Virus record (IMG/VR): IMGVR_UViG_3300036790_000261
Span: 88,725-122,331 of that record
Origin: a virus
Lineage: Duplodnaviria > Heunggongvirae > Uroviricota > Caudoviricetes
Length of the DNA: 33,607 nucleotides
Reading direction: 5' to 3' (one strand)
The position numbers and the translations under genes are program-made. Below are positions 7,103 through 16,216 of the stretch, in pieces; positions within the stretch are counted from its first letter, which is position 1, and each line of letters starts with the position of its first letter. The notes under the pieces are model-generated. The model searched no databases, had not been told where the DNA came from, and saw only the letters and a program-made list of their open reading frames with translations.

Positions 7103-7701
7103 GCTATTTCACCTCCTTTCTTTTGTGCTGCCTGCCAGCACTTGACGCACATGGTGCCGATGTAAACCGGGTTCGCCGTGCAGACGGAGCACGCGTCCTC
7201 TTCGCTGGCCATCCGGCTAACCTAGCGGCTACGCCTTGCACAGGCCGGTCAGGCAGTCCCCGTGCGCGCCGCGCCGGCACCACTGGCACGTGACGCCGCA
7301 CGCGCACTGCACCGCCCGCAGCATCTCGGTCAGCTTCTTCACGACTCCTCCTCTCCAGGGCCCTTCGGGGCGCCCATAGCCCGCAGCCGCCGGGTCACCT
7401 CGTCTACCGCGTTGGAGACGCGCTCCCGCTGCGGTACCGACATCCTGACCCCGGGGAAGAGCACGCCCAGGCTGTTTCCCTCAAGCAGGTCAGCTAGTTC
7501 CTCTGCGACCCACCGGAGGGCCTCGCCTTTCGTTTTCGGCCCCTCGTTGACCGCCATCCTTGCCTCCTTGCTTAGTGCACGATCGAGTGGATTCCGCTCA
7601 GGAACCCGGTGACCAGGTGCCCGGCCGCGTCCGGGTTCTGCACCGCCCAGAACGCGGCCAGGAACAGCAGGATGAACACCACCCACGTCGGCAGCTTCAC
7701 G

Positions 7702-8190
7702 TTAGCCCTCCCTCCGCCGCGCGGTACCGTTCTCGGCCAGCGTCACCAGCCGGTGCCAGTCGTCCAGGCTCAGCGTGAGGCCCGCTCCGGCCTGGTACGG
7801 CTCGGTCCCGAGCTTTTCCAGGCGCAGCCGGATGGTCAGGGCCCGCTGCAGCGCCTGCTCCGCGGCCTGTTCCTGCGTTGCCTGCGCCCCGTCGATCTCC
7901 TGTGCTCTCGCCGGGGTGTAGAACAGGACGTTCTGGTACTGCTTGCGCTTAACGAGCTGGCCGGACCGCACCGCGGTGTTCAGCTGGGTGAGGACCTGGC
8001 CGTTGAACTTCTTTTCCGATGCCTCCTGGTCCCACCGGCGCAGGCCGGAGTAGTCCATGTGCAGCCGCTCGCGCATGAGCTGGTACCAGGCGTACGTTTC
8101 GGCGACCGGCTCCTGGTTGTCTTTCGCGCACTCGTTCAGGTAATCGCTCAGCGCCGCCTTGATGATGTCTGCGTGCACGTGATCAGGCAT
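7702..8190 (-). CDS. Hypothetical protein
   Basis: SD present, high-GC3 codons, overlaps the stop of the ligase gene. Confidence 0.7.
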   Translation of the reverse strand: MPDHVHADIIKAALSDYLNECAKDNQEPVAETYAWYQLMRERLHMDYSGLRRWDQEASEKKFNGQVLTQLNTAVRSGQLVKRKQYQNVLFYTPARAQEIDGAQATQEQAAEQALQRALTIRLRLEKLGTEPYQAGAGLTLSLDDWHRLVTLAENGTARRREG

Positions 8191-8971
8191 GCTCTCTCTT
8201 TTCTTTCTTGCTCTTCTGCTCCGGCTGGAGCGCTCGCGCGTAATCCTGGAACCGCGCCTTGGCGATCAGGCTCCGGTCCGCGCTGCGCAGCACGATGCCC
8301 TCCGGCTGCCCGCCGGCCGAGTCGTCTAGCGCGACCAGGGTTTCCGGCAGCCAGCTAACGAGGAACCGCTCCGTGTCAGCTAGCCCCGCCGGCAGCTCGT
8401 TACCGGGGACGGTACCCAGGCGCGGGACAAGCGGGATGCCCCCGGCCAGGGCTGTTTCGGTCAGCTGCTCCTCGGAGAAGAAGTACTGCCCGCCCCGGTC
8501 CCGCCACCCGGCGATATCCGAGCGGACCAGGTCGAGCACTCTCAGCGGGACAGCTGCGACGTCGAGCAGCCGGTACCCGACGGCTTGCGCGTCCCGGGTG
8601 TACTGCTTAGCCGCCCCGCCGATCCGGTAGCCGTACACCTCCAGGAAGTACACCCGGATCATGGACCCGGACCCTGGCAGGGCGGGCGCCAGCGGCAGCA
8701 GCGCCGGGACGATACCCAGGCCCGGGTTCTCGATCCGGTCACCGCGGGCGTACAGCAGCTCCTCCCGCGAGCCGATGAACCAGTCGCCGTCCGGCATCAC
8801 CACGACCCGGCCGCTGGTGCCGTCGACCTTCTCAGTCAGGGTGACGGGGTACTTCCCGAAGAACATCGCCGGGGTACTCAGCTTGCCTGTTGCCGGGTCG
8901 AGCCGGTGGTAAGTCTCGATCGGCGGGTACTTGGTGGCGCTGTTCAGCCGCCCGAGCCAGTCGTCAGCCAT
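8183..8971 (-). CDS. RNA ligase family (Rnl2-like nucleotidyltransferase domain)
   Basis: Motif I TEKVDG, motif III FLEVYG, motif IV EGIVLR, motif V AKARF. Confidence 0.82.
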   Translation of the reverse strand: MADDWLGRLNSATKYPPIETYHRLDPATGKLSTPAMFFGKYPVTLTEKVDGTSGRVVVMPDGDWFIGSREELLYARGDRIENPGLGIVPALLPLAPALPGSGSMIRVYFLEVYGYRIGGAAKQYTRDAQAVGYRLLDVAAVPLRVLDLVRSDIAGWRDRGGQYFFSEEQLTETALAGGIPLVPRLGTVPGNELPAGLADTERFLVSWLPETLVALDDSAGGQPEGIVLRSADRSLIAKARFQDYARALQPEQKSKKEKREHA

Positions 8972-8981
8972 CCTTGCTCCC

Positions 8982-9113
8982 TCAGTTCCGGTGCTTATAG
9001 ACGATGTAGACGATCAGGGCTATGACCAGCCCGGTGCCGACAACGAGGAAGGCGCCCGGCCAGGTAACGCCGTCGTTAGCTGCTTGCGCGGCAGCCAGTA
9101 TTCCAGGGGTCAT
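8982..9113 (-). CDS. 43-aa membrane peptide
   Basis: MTPGILAA...WPGAFLVVGTGLVIALIVYIVYKHRN; SD directly after a palindrome. Confidence 0.6.
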   Translation of the reverse strand: MTPGILAAAQAANDGVTWPGAFLVVGTGLVIALIVYIVYKHRN

Positions 9114-9149
9114 TTCTTTTCCTTTTCTTGACTGCCACGTGGCAGTTGG

Positions 9150-9223
9150 GTGCCGGGCGCGGGCCGCAGGCGCATACGCATTGGCGCGCGTAACATCGAT
9201 GTCCCGGCTCCCGCGCCCGGCAC
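9150..9223 (-). ncRNA. Solo TIGR-like unit in a long stem
   Basis: A 14-bp inverted repeat (9150-9163/9210-9223) encloses ACA-TCGATGTTA-CG-cgcg-CCA-ATGCGTATG-CG (minus strand). Confidence 0.6.
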
Positions 9224-9232
9224 GATCTTGGG

Positions 9233-9637
9233 TCAGGCCTCGGCGGCCTGGTGCGCCTCGACTTCGGCGGAGGCCGGCACCTCGGGTACCCGCTCCCGCC
9301 TGACCTTGTCAGACCCGCAGTCTGTGCAGCGGAACGCGTAGGCGTAGTGCGCGATCTCGCTGTCGCTGGCCAGCCGGCCGACGTCGTAGGTGCCGACCGC
9401 GCGGGACACCTCCAGCAGCAGGTGCACGCTTGAGTACTTGCGGAACAGCCGCGCGTAGGTGCCGATCCCGTTGCCGGTCAGCCCGACGGCCTCGCCGAGC
9501 ACGGCATAGCTGTAGCCGGTGTCGTGCAGCTCGTTGACGACCCCGCCGAACTCGTGAGCCGCCCGGAGGCTGCCCTCGCCTGCCCGGGTGAGCTGCTGGT
9601 GCAGCTGGACCAGGCGGGTAAAGCTGTCGGTCTTCAC
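9233..9637 (-). CDS. Putative HTH DNA-binding protein with a C-terminal CxxC
   Basis: GYSYAVLGEAVGLTGNGIGTYARL is HTH-like; FRCTDCG. GTG start with SD. Confidence 0.55.
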   Translation of the reverse strand: MKTDSFTRLVQLHQQLTRAGEGSLRAAHEFGGVVNELHDTGYSYAVLGEAVGLTGNGIGTYARLFRKYSSVHLLLEVSRAVGTYDVGRLASDSEIAHYAYAFRCTDCGSDKVRRERVPEVPASAEVEAHQAAEA

Positions 9638-9654
9638 GTTCTTCCCTTCCTTGG

Positions 9655-9897
9655 TCAGGCCCACGGCCCGGGTACCTGCGTGCCCGCGGGCGGCGCCTCC
9701 GGCTGGGTGGTCATGACGACTTCCCCGTCCTTCCACACCGCTTCCACGTTCCCGAACGTACCCAGCCACTGCGCCTGGTCCTCGTCCGCGTACACCCGGA
9801 TTGCGAGCTCGCCGACTGGCGCCAGGCCCGCCAGGTTCGTGCTCACGCCGTTGGCCACCTCGTAGGTGTTTCCCGACGTGACGTACACCTTGATCAC
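9655..9897 (-). CDS. Hypothetical protein
   Basis: SD GGAGAGA; high-GC3 codons. Confidence 0.6.
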   Translation of the reverse strand: MIKVYVTSGNTYEVANGVSTNLAGLAPVGELAIRVYADEDQAQWLGTFGNVEAVWKDGEVVMTTQPEAPPAGTQVPGPWA

Positions 9898-10345
9898 AGT
9901 TCTCTCCTATCTCCGCTCGGCTAGTGTCAGCGTGTACGTGCCCGGCAGCATGCCCGCGCCCGTGTCGTAACTGCGGACTGCCGCCGTGCCCTTGGCGTCT
10001 ACGGCCCATTCCTCGAACGCGGTGTTCAGGCCGAACCTGTGCAGCTGTATGTTCACGGTGACGTTCCACCCGGGGGCGACGCTGACGTGATTCCAGCCGG
10101 GGAACAGCCGCCGCGCGGCGAGTGCGAACGGGCACCCCTGCGCGCTGTTCGGCTGCCCCTGGTCGATGTCTTGCTGCGTAACCTCAAGGGCCCTTGTCTC
10201 GGTCTCTGTCTCGTTTATGCTGCTCTCCTCTTTCACGTTGCCGCCCAGACTGCCAGCCCGATCGCGACGGCCCAGATCAGTACGTAAAGCGTTTTGCCCA
10301 GCGGGGTCATCCCCCGCCACCAGTCAGGCCCCTTCACGCGCCCCT

Positions 10346-10552
10346 TCACGCTTGCTCATTCCTTTCCTTGTAGAGCCAGAGGTCTTCCGGGGTGATCCTC
10401 AGCCGCAGGACCTCGTGCATGACCAGGCTGCGCCACTGCGCCTTGGTGACCCGGCGGGTAGTGACCGGGCCCGGTGCCTGCCCGGTCTTGACGACGACGT
10501 GCGAGCCCTCGTCCCTGAAGTCGAGGATGTCCTTGATGTCCCGCGTGGTCAC
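10346..10552 (-). CDS. Hypothetical protein
   Basis: Overlaps the Ku stop; operon context. Confidence 0.55.
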   Translation of the reverse strand: MTTRDIKDILDFRDEGSHVVVKTGQAPGPVTTRRVTKAQWRSLVMHEVLRLRITPEDLWLYKERNEQA

Positions 10553-11385
10553 GCCACTGCCTTCCTCGCCCGTGGCTTGCGTACGGGGGCCTTAGCCGCC
10601 CGCGCCTGCTGCGCCTGCTCGACGGACGCGGTCAGCACGGCCATGATGTCCTGCGGCGGGGTGACCGCCGACGGGACAGCCGGGGTGCCGAGCGCCTGCC
10701 CGGTTTCCAGCTTCGCCTGGATGACCGCGGCCAGGTTCTCCCGGCTCTGGTCGGTGTACTTCTCCCATTCCAGCGGCCTGGTGAACGTCTCGACGAACGT
10801 GTCCATCATCGCCGTTTCCGCGCTGGTGAACTCCGGCACCGGGACGGTGAAGTCCGGCCGCCTGACGTCCGCCGCCCACTGCAGCCGCTCCAGGACCAGG
10901 TAGCCCTCGCCGGTGGCGTATAGCACGCCCGTGGCCTCGCGCTGCCGCACCGCGAACGACACGACCGCTGCCTTGCCGGCCCGCAGCATCGCCTGCGCGA
11001 GCATCGCGTACGCCCGCTTCCCGCTCTCGCCCGGCTCTACGTAGTAGCTGGTCTCGTGCGCGGTGCGCGGCAGGCCGGACGCGTCGGTGAACATCTCGAC
11101 TTTCACCTGCTTGTCCTTCTCGCCGTACGCGCGGGCGAAGTCTTCCTTCTCCAGGATTACTGTCTGCCCGGTGCCGGTGTCGTAGCCGCGCGCCGTGTCT
11201 GCGAAGTCGACTTCCGGCCCGTCCGGGCCGTCGGCCTCCGCGTAGCGCTTCATCCTGATCCGGCTGCCGTCTTCCCGGCGGACCTGGTGCAGGCCGAGGT
11301 CGTCTTCCCGGCTGACCGCGTTGCCGAGGCTGACCGGGAAGGCCAGCGCCGCTACCGTCAGCGTGCCTGTCCAAATGTGGCGCAT
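10549..11385 (-). CDS. ku: Ku-like DNA end-binding protein
   Basis: MRHIWTGTLTV..FPVSL..A, GYD...VILEKED, YYVEP...AYAML..AM...GKAAVVSFAVRQRE and LERLQWAADVR match the prokaryotic/phage Ku core. The start is placed at 11385 by the SD (AAGGAGAACGGC). Confidence 0.9.
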   Translation of the reverse strand: MRHIWTGTLTVAALAFPVSLGNAVSREDDLGLHQVRREDGSRIRMKRYAEADGPDGPEVDFADTARGYDTGTGQTVILEKEDFARAYGEKDKQVKVEMFTDASGLPRTAHETSYYVEPGESGKRAYAMLAQAMLRAGKAAVVSFAVRQREATGVLYATGEGYLVLERLQWAADVRRPDFTVPVPEFTSAETAMMDTFVETFTRPLEWEKYTDQSRENLAAVIQAKLETGQALGTPAVPSAVTPPQDIMAVLTASVEQAQQARAAKAPVRKPRARKAVA

Positions 11386-11405
11386 GCCGTTCTCCTTGCT
11401 GTTGC

Positions 11406-11567
11406 CACGGGCGTGCCGCGCCTGGGTTGCGTATCTGTATTGGCCCGTGCTGCCTTGTGCGGGTCGGGCGTTCATACATTGGCGCTCGTCTAGATATTGG
11501 CCCGCTTTGCCTTGTGCAGGGCGGGCGCTGCCCTTGGGGGTTTCGCTTGTATCTTGGCCCGCCCTGC
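11406..11567 (-). ncRNA. Three-unit TIGR-like stem-loop array (57-nt period)
   Basis: Each unit is stem-CCA-N9-CG-N4-CC(A/C)-N9-CG-stem. Spacer pairs: AGATACAAG/CAAGGGCAG, ATATCTAGA/ATGTATGAA, ATACAGATA/GGCGCGGCA. Linker GCACAAGGCA. A TACAGT -10-like hexamer lies just upstream. Confidence 0.75.
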
Positions 11568-11595
11568 TCCTACTGTAAACCATTGTTACACGTGG

Positions 11596-11820
11596 CTATT
11601 CCTCGCGGGTGTACTTCCAGGTCAGCCGCCCGGATTCGTACACCTGCAGCGGCTGCCAGTCCCGCGCGTCCCGCACCAGGAACAGCACGTGCTGCCCCGG
11701 CGCCCGCGTGCTCGCCTGCTCGGTGTCCTGCACTGCCGCCGCCAGGTACCGCAGCGTGTACGGGTAAATGCACGGCACCTCTGTCCCGGTGCGCAGGTAG
11801 CGGCGGCCGTCAGGGGGCAT
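11596..11820 (-). CDS. Hypothetical protein
   Basis: Operon context, overlapping stop/start. Confidence 0.55.
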   Translation of the reverse strand: MPPDGRRYLRTGTEVPCIYPYTLRYLAAAVQDTEQASTRAPGQHVLFLVRDARDWQPLQVYESGRLTWKYTREE

Positions 11821-12145
11821 CCTCCGTGTCCCCCCGGAACTCGCCGTCCGTCCCGACGTACCGGGCGTAGATTGCCACCTTCTGCTGCCGGTCCTCCAGC
11901 ACGGTGCGGGTGACCGACTCGAACGCCCCGGCCGGCTGCAGCGCCGGGTACCGGCCCGTGCGGATCTGCGTCCCGATGGTCCGCGCCGTTCCCTCTTGCT
12001 GCCAGTGGTAGTCCCGCACCCGCAGCCACTCGCCGGGCTTAGCGCGCATCAGTGCCGCCTCAGCCTCGAACGTGCGAATACCAGGGCGCCGTCCAGGCCG
12101 CTTCGCCGCCGGCGGCGCTTCCCAGTTCTCGTCCGTATTCGTCAC
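11810..12145 (-). CDS. Hypothetical actinophage protein
   Basis: PGEWLRV...ARTIGTQIRTG...GAFES...IYARYVG; operon overlaps. Confidence 0.65.
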   Translation of the reverse strand: MTNTDENWEAPPAAKRPGRRPGIRTFEAEAALMRAKPGEWLRVRDYHWQQEGTARTIGTQIRTGRYPALQPAGAFESVTRTVLEDRQQKVAIYARYVGTDGEFRGDTEDAP

Positions 12146-12302
12146 CGCTCTCCTTCCAGCAGGACGCTCAGCTTTTGCGTAAACAGCACGCGTACCAGCG
12201 CCCTGCGCTCGATCTCCCTTCGCTCCGGCTCCGGGACGTGCACCCTCGCCAGCCTCGCGACCAGCTCACGGTGCCCCTCCGGGCTGCACGGGCACCTCTT
12301 GC

Positions 12303-12977
12303 TCACGCTGCTCCTTCCAGCCCGAACTGGGCCAGTACCTCGTCCGCGTCCGCTGTCCCTGACCGCACTGCCTCCAGCGCCCGCTCAACATGGCAGAACC
12401 GGATCTTCTCCCGGTCGACGATGATGAACGGCAGCCCGATGCCCATGATGCACGGCACCGTTTCCGGCGCCCGGCACGGGTTCTCGGGGCACGCTACCGC
12501 CAGCAGGGCGGCCATGCGGCGCATTCGCTCCAGCTCGTCCGGCAGTTCGCCCGGCAGTTCAGCGATTCCCGGCCCTGACTGCCACGCGGCAGTTGGCTCA
12601 GCCTCGGTAACCTCGCCGCGGCCCGCCTCCACGCGCAGCGCGGCCAGCTCCCGCAGCTCCGCCGCCCGCGCCCGCAGTACCTCCGGCGTGATGCCCGGCC
12701 TCGGCGCGTACCTGCGCTCAGCCTGGCGCGCGTACGACCGGCGGGTGAAGAACCCGGCTGATACCAGCACCAGCCAGGTCATGACTGCGTTAGCGCCGAG
12801 CAGCGGCCAGAACACCGCGCTGCCCTGAATAGCCGTGACCGCCATCCACAGCATGGTCATCGGCAGGATGCAGAACAGCACCGCGGTGAACGTCCACGGT
12901 CCGCCCGGCTGCTTCCTTGACTTGTTGTACGCGCGCACCTGCCAGCGGGCTGCGTCGTACGCAATGCGTCCTAGCAT
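12303..12977 (-). CDS. Membrane protein, possibly a fusion of two genes across a palindrome copy
   Basis: Two TM segments in the N-terminal half, the palindrome at 12578 in mid-ORF, and a Cys-containing C-terminal half. Confidence 0.55.
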   Translation of the reverse strand: MLGRIAYDAARWQVRAYNKSRKQPGGPWTFTAVLFCILPMTMLWMAVTAIQGSAVFWPLLGANAVMTWLVLVSAGFFTRRSYARQAERRYAPRPGITPEVLRARAAELRELAALRVEAGRGEVTEAEPTAAWQSGPGIAELPGELPDELERMRRMAALLAVACPENPCRAPETVPCIMGIGLPFIIVDREKIRFCHVERALEAVRSGTADADEVLAQFGLEGAA

Positions 12978-13149
12978 TTTCTATTCGGGTCATCTCCTTC
13001 TGTGACAGTGAAGTCGTACTCCGGAAAGTCGCCTTTCAGCATCTGGTCGGCGTATGCCTTCAGGTACCTGATCAGGTACCTGGCAAGGTTTTCCTCGTCC
13101 CAGCCGCCGGTTAGCTCCAGTTCATTGCGAGTAACGTCGATGACGACTT

Positions 13150-14310
13150 TCACCGCACTGCCGTTAGTGTTAGCGCTCGCTGCACCCGGTCCGGTCCTGA
13201 AGTAGCAGGCGCCGGGTTCAGCTCCTCCATCAGGTCAGCCGCAGCGTCCATGATGTCGGAGGCCAGCCACCCTTCGCCGCGGACGGTGCGTCCGTCCAGT
13301 GACCGGCCGCGCATCAGCTGCGGCTCGCCTAGTGCCTGCGGCAGCAGGTCCTCGACGAGGTACCGGGTGTCGACCTTGCGGTAGAACTCGTCCGGCAGCA
13401 GCTGCAGCGCGGGCACCAGGTCAGCGGTGAACAGCTGCTCACGGCCTGAGTCGGTCAGCACCTTCGCCGCGTCCAGCAGGGCCTGCTCGTCCCGCTGCCG
13501 CACCGGCCGCTCTGACTCGTCCAGCCCCAGCGACAGGAACGCGCTCATGCACAGCCCCGGCCAGTTACCGCCCGCCGCGTGCGCGACCGCGAACAGCGGC
13601 CCCCACAGTTGCAGCAGCCGGTTGTCCAGCAGCGGGTGGATGCGGTGCCCGTTCTCGATCAGCCAGGCCGCCATCTCCCGGCGGTTCGCCGTCGCCCAGC
13701 GGTGCAGCTCCTTCTTCAGCGGCTCAGCCTCCAGCCGGACCGGCACCGAGTTCGCCGGGCGCTTGCGTATCCCGGCTGGCTTGGCGACGGTCGGGAACTT
13801 GATGCACCTGGTCGCCACGTCACCGGGCAGCACGTCGCCCAGGCCGTTGAAGAACCCCACGCCGTAGGCTGGCGCCTCGACTGTGCTTCCCTGCCGGGAG
13901 ACCGCGACCCGGCCGGTGTCCGCGTACCCGTTGACGGCCAGCTGGGTGACCCCGGTGGTGCCCGAGCCCCGGCCGCTGGCCCCCCAGATCTTGGACGCGT
14001 CATCGAAGACGAACGAGTCCGGGGACACCCGCTCCAGGAACCGGTTCCGCAGCCCGTCGGAGGTAGTCAGCCGGTCGATGATGAACGGGTTACTCGCGAA
14101 CAGCAGCGGGATGTCCTTCGTCAGCGTGCTCTTGCCCGACTCAGCCGCGCCGGTCGCCAGCACGTACGGCACGTTCGGCGAGATGTGCTTGACGTGCGTC
14201 AGCGCCAGGATCAGCGCCATCGCGTCCAGCTGCTCGTCCGGCGCGTGCATGACCGTGCTGATGAACCTCCGCACCCGGTTGAGCGCGTAGTCCTGCTTGC
14301 GGTTGCTCAT
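13150..14310 (-). CDS. P-loop NTPase-like protein with a DUF3631-like C-terminus
   Basis: ATGAAESGKST Walker A, FVFDDA Walker B, NRLLQLWGPLFAVAHAAGGNWP. Confidence 0.7.
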   Translation of the reverse strand: MSNRKQDYALNRVRRFISTVMHAPDEQLDAMALILALTHVKHISPNVPYVLATGAAESGKSTLTKDIPLLFASNPFIIDRLTTSDGLRNRFLERVSPDSFVFDDASKIWGASGRGSGTTGVTQLAVNGYADTGRVAVSRQGSTVEAPAYGVGFFNGLGDVLPGDVATRCIKFPTVAKPAGIRKRPANSVPVRLEAEPLKKELHRWATANRREMAAWLIENGHRIHPLLDNRLLQLWGPLFAVAHAAGGNWPGLCMSAFLSLGLDESERPVRQRDEQALLDAAKVLTDSGREQLFTADLVPALQLLPDEFYRKVDTRYLVEDLLPQALGEPQLMRGRSLDGRTVRGEGWLASDIMDAAADLMEELNPAPATSGPDRVQRALTLTAVR

Positions 14311-14331
14311 GCTTTGCTTCTCTTCCTCGTT

Positions 14332-14375
14332 AGCGGGCGTGCGGTGTGTTGGTTTCGGTTGGACTGTGGCCCGCT
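14332..14375 (-). ncRNA. Solo TIGR-like stem-loop unit
   Basis: Minus strand: agcgggCCA-CAGTCCAAC-CG-aaac-CAA-CACACCGCA-CGcccgct. TACAGT lies 7 nt upstream. Confidence 0.65.
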
Positions 14376-14431
14376 GTTGTGTACTGTAACAGATGTGTCA
14401 AGTAGGGCATTCCGTAACTGCCACGTGGCAG

Positions 14432-14833
14432 TCAGGACGCCCGCGACTGGAACGTCTGGCCCGCGACCGGCATCCTCTGACGGCCGGTGTCGATGTCAGG
14501 CGTGCGCGGGTACAGGTAACGGACGAACTTGTCCTGCCAGATGTGGCCGAGCTTGTTGTCCATCGCGACCTGGCTCAGCCACGTGCTGGTCGCCTGGTGG
14601 CAGTCGCTCGCGCCGTTGACGGTGAACCGCACCCGGCCGTCTGCGTACAGGGTCGCGATCGTGGTGGCGTACAGCCGGACCATGATCAGCGCGCCCTCGT
14701 CCGGGTCGTCGTACCGGATCAGCATGACCGTGGTCCCGACAGGCTTCATCCGGTCTGCGCCCATGTAGGCGTCCAGCCCGGTCCATGTCAGCTCCGGCGT
14801 GTCCCGGGGCATGCGGAAGATGTACTCGTTCAC
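14432..14833 (-). CDS. Hypothetical phage protein
   Basis: GTG start with SD; the stop overlaps the palindrome at 14417-14432. Confidence 0.65.
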   Translation of the reverse strand: MNEYIFRMPRDTPELTWTGLDAYMGADRMKPVGTTVMLIRYDDPDEGALIMVRLYATTIATLYADGRVRFTVNGASDCHQATSTWLSQVAMDNKLGHIWQDKFVRYLYPRTPDIDTGRQRMPVAGQTFQSRAS

Positions 14834-15042
14834 GCTTCCTTCTTTCCCGCCGCCTGCGCGGCCGTGATGACCCTGGTGTGCAGCCCCCGGTTGAGCGCGT
14901 CGCTGATCAGCTGCGCCCGTGCCTGCGACTCCGGCCCGAACACTACCCGCTGCTCGCTGACCGGGATGGTGACCCCGTTCACCCGGATCAGGTAAACGAG
15001 GAACCGGCCGTCCCTCGGCCGCATCTGGAAGCTGAGCCTCAC
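14830..15042 (-). CDS. Hypothetical protein
   Basis: Overlapping stop/start. Confidence 0.55.
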   Translation of the reverse strand: MRLSFQMRPRDGRFLVYLIRVNGVTIPVSEQRVVFGPESQARAQLISDALNRGLHTRVITAAQAAGKKEA

Positions 15043-15437
15043 GCGTCCTCCTTGCAGAACTCGTTCTTGGTCTTCTCATTGAAGTCGCAGCGCCCGTCAT
15101 ACGGCCCGAACTTAGCGTCCGGGTCCGCGGTGAAAACCTCCGCCATGAACCAGCCGTACTCGCGCCAGGTTGCGGTGTACTCGGCGCCTGCCCCCCACTG
15201 ACCGCTGTTCTTGTACTTGCGGATAAGCATCTTGTGCCCCCGCTGGTCTGTGTGCCCGGCCGGCAGTGAGTCCCGCTCGTACGTGCCGAGCTGCACCTCG
15301 AACGCCCGCGCATGCGAGTTAGAGCGGTGCTCGCTCCAGCCAGTGAACGTCACGTCCGGTGTCACGTGCCCGGCCTCCTTCGCCTGCTGCAGCGCAGTGC
15401 GCACCTGCTGGCCGTCCAGCTTCGTGTGTAGTCTCAC
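15039..15437 (-). CDS. Hypothetical actinophage protein
   Basis: VRLHT...ATWREYGWFMAEVF..DPDAKFGPY; SD present. Confidence 0.65.
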   Translation of the reverse strand: MRLHTKLDGQQVRTALQQAKEAGHVTPDVTFTGWSEHRSNSHARAFEVQLGTYERDSLPAGHTDQRGHKMLIRKYKNSGQWGAGAEYTATWREYGWFMAEVFTADPDAKFGPYDGRCDFNEKTKNEFCKEDA

Positions 15438-15958
15438 TTCTTGTTCCTTTCTTGTAGCAGTGCCTCCCACAGCAGGACCGTGGGCAGGTCAGCGGTTGCG
15501 TTGCACAGCCGGCAGCGCGGCCCTGCTTGCGGGCGCCAGCCCAGCAGCGGCCTCTCGCACCGGCAGCCTGCCGCCCGGACCAGCCGGCTCGCGTAGCCGA
15601 TGCTGAAGGGCAGCCAGTGCCGCACGCTGTCCGCGTACAGCGCCTCGTCCAGTTCCCGCTCGGTCACGCCTCGTCCGGGATCTGGTTGACGATCATCGTC
15701 TTGAGCCCTAGCAGCCGGTCGATCACGCCGTCGCTGACCAGCTTCGAGTACACGCCGTACTCCGCCCTCTCCAGCGCGCTGAGCCCCCTGAGTGCCCTGC
15801 CCAGGGCGTCCACCACGCGGTCCGCGTCCTGCTGACTCAGCTCGACCGTGTACTTGATTTTCCGCTTCACCTTCACTGTTTTCTCCTCGTTCTCGTGCTC
15901 AGACTTGCCAGTACGCCTTGCGCATGTCGGTGCCGTCCTCGTCGACGATCGCCGGCGG

Positions 15959-16216
15959 TCAGTCAAGGGGCCTGCTGCCGATGCGCCCCGGGTACTGGGC
16001 GACCAGCCACGCGTCGAACACCGGGTACGTAGCCTTCGCAGTGCGGAGGTTAGTGCCCATATGCTCATTTGCGATAGCACGCGCGGACCGGCCACGCCGC
16101 TTCAGGCCCCTTACCTCCAGGCGCAGCGCACCCCGCAGGGCAATCAGGCTCGCTGCCCTGATGTTGTCCGCGCCGGTTACGGTGATAGACGCGGCCGGGT
16201 TGAATGCCTCACTCAT
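15959..16216 (-). CDS. Hypothetical protein
   Basis: Operon overlaps. Confidence 0.6.
   Translation of the reverse strand: MSEAFNPAASITVTGADNIRAASLIALRGALRLEVRGLKRRGRSARAIANEHMGTNLRTAKATYPVFDAWLVAQYPGRIGSRPLD

Noticed and set aside
11386-11583. N-terminal extension of Ku given in the ORF track
   Set aside because: Ku similarity begins at MRHIW, which has its own SD. The extension runs through the TIGR-like array.
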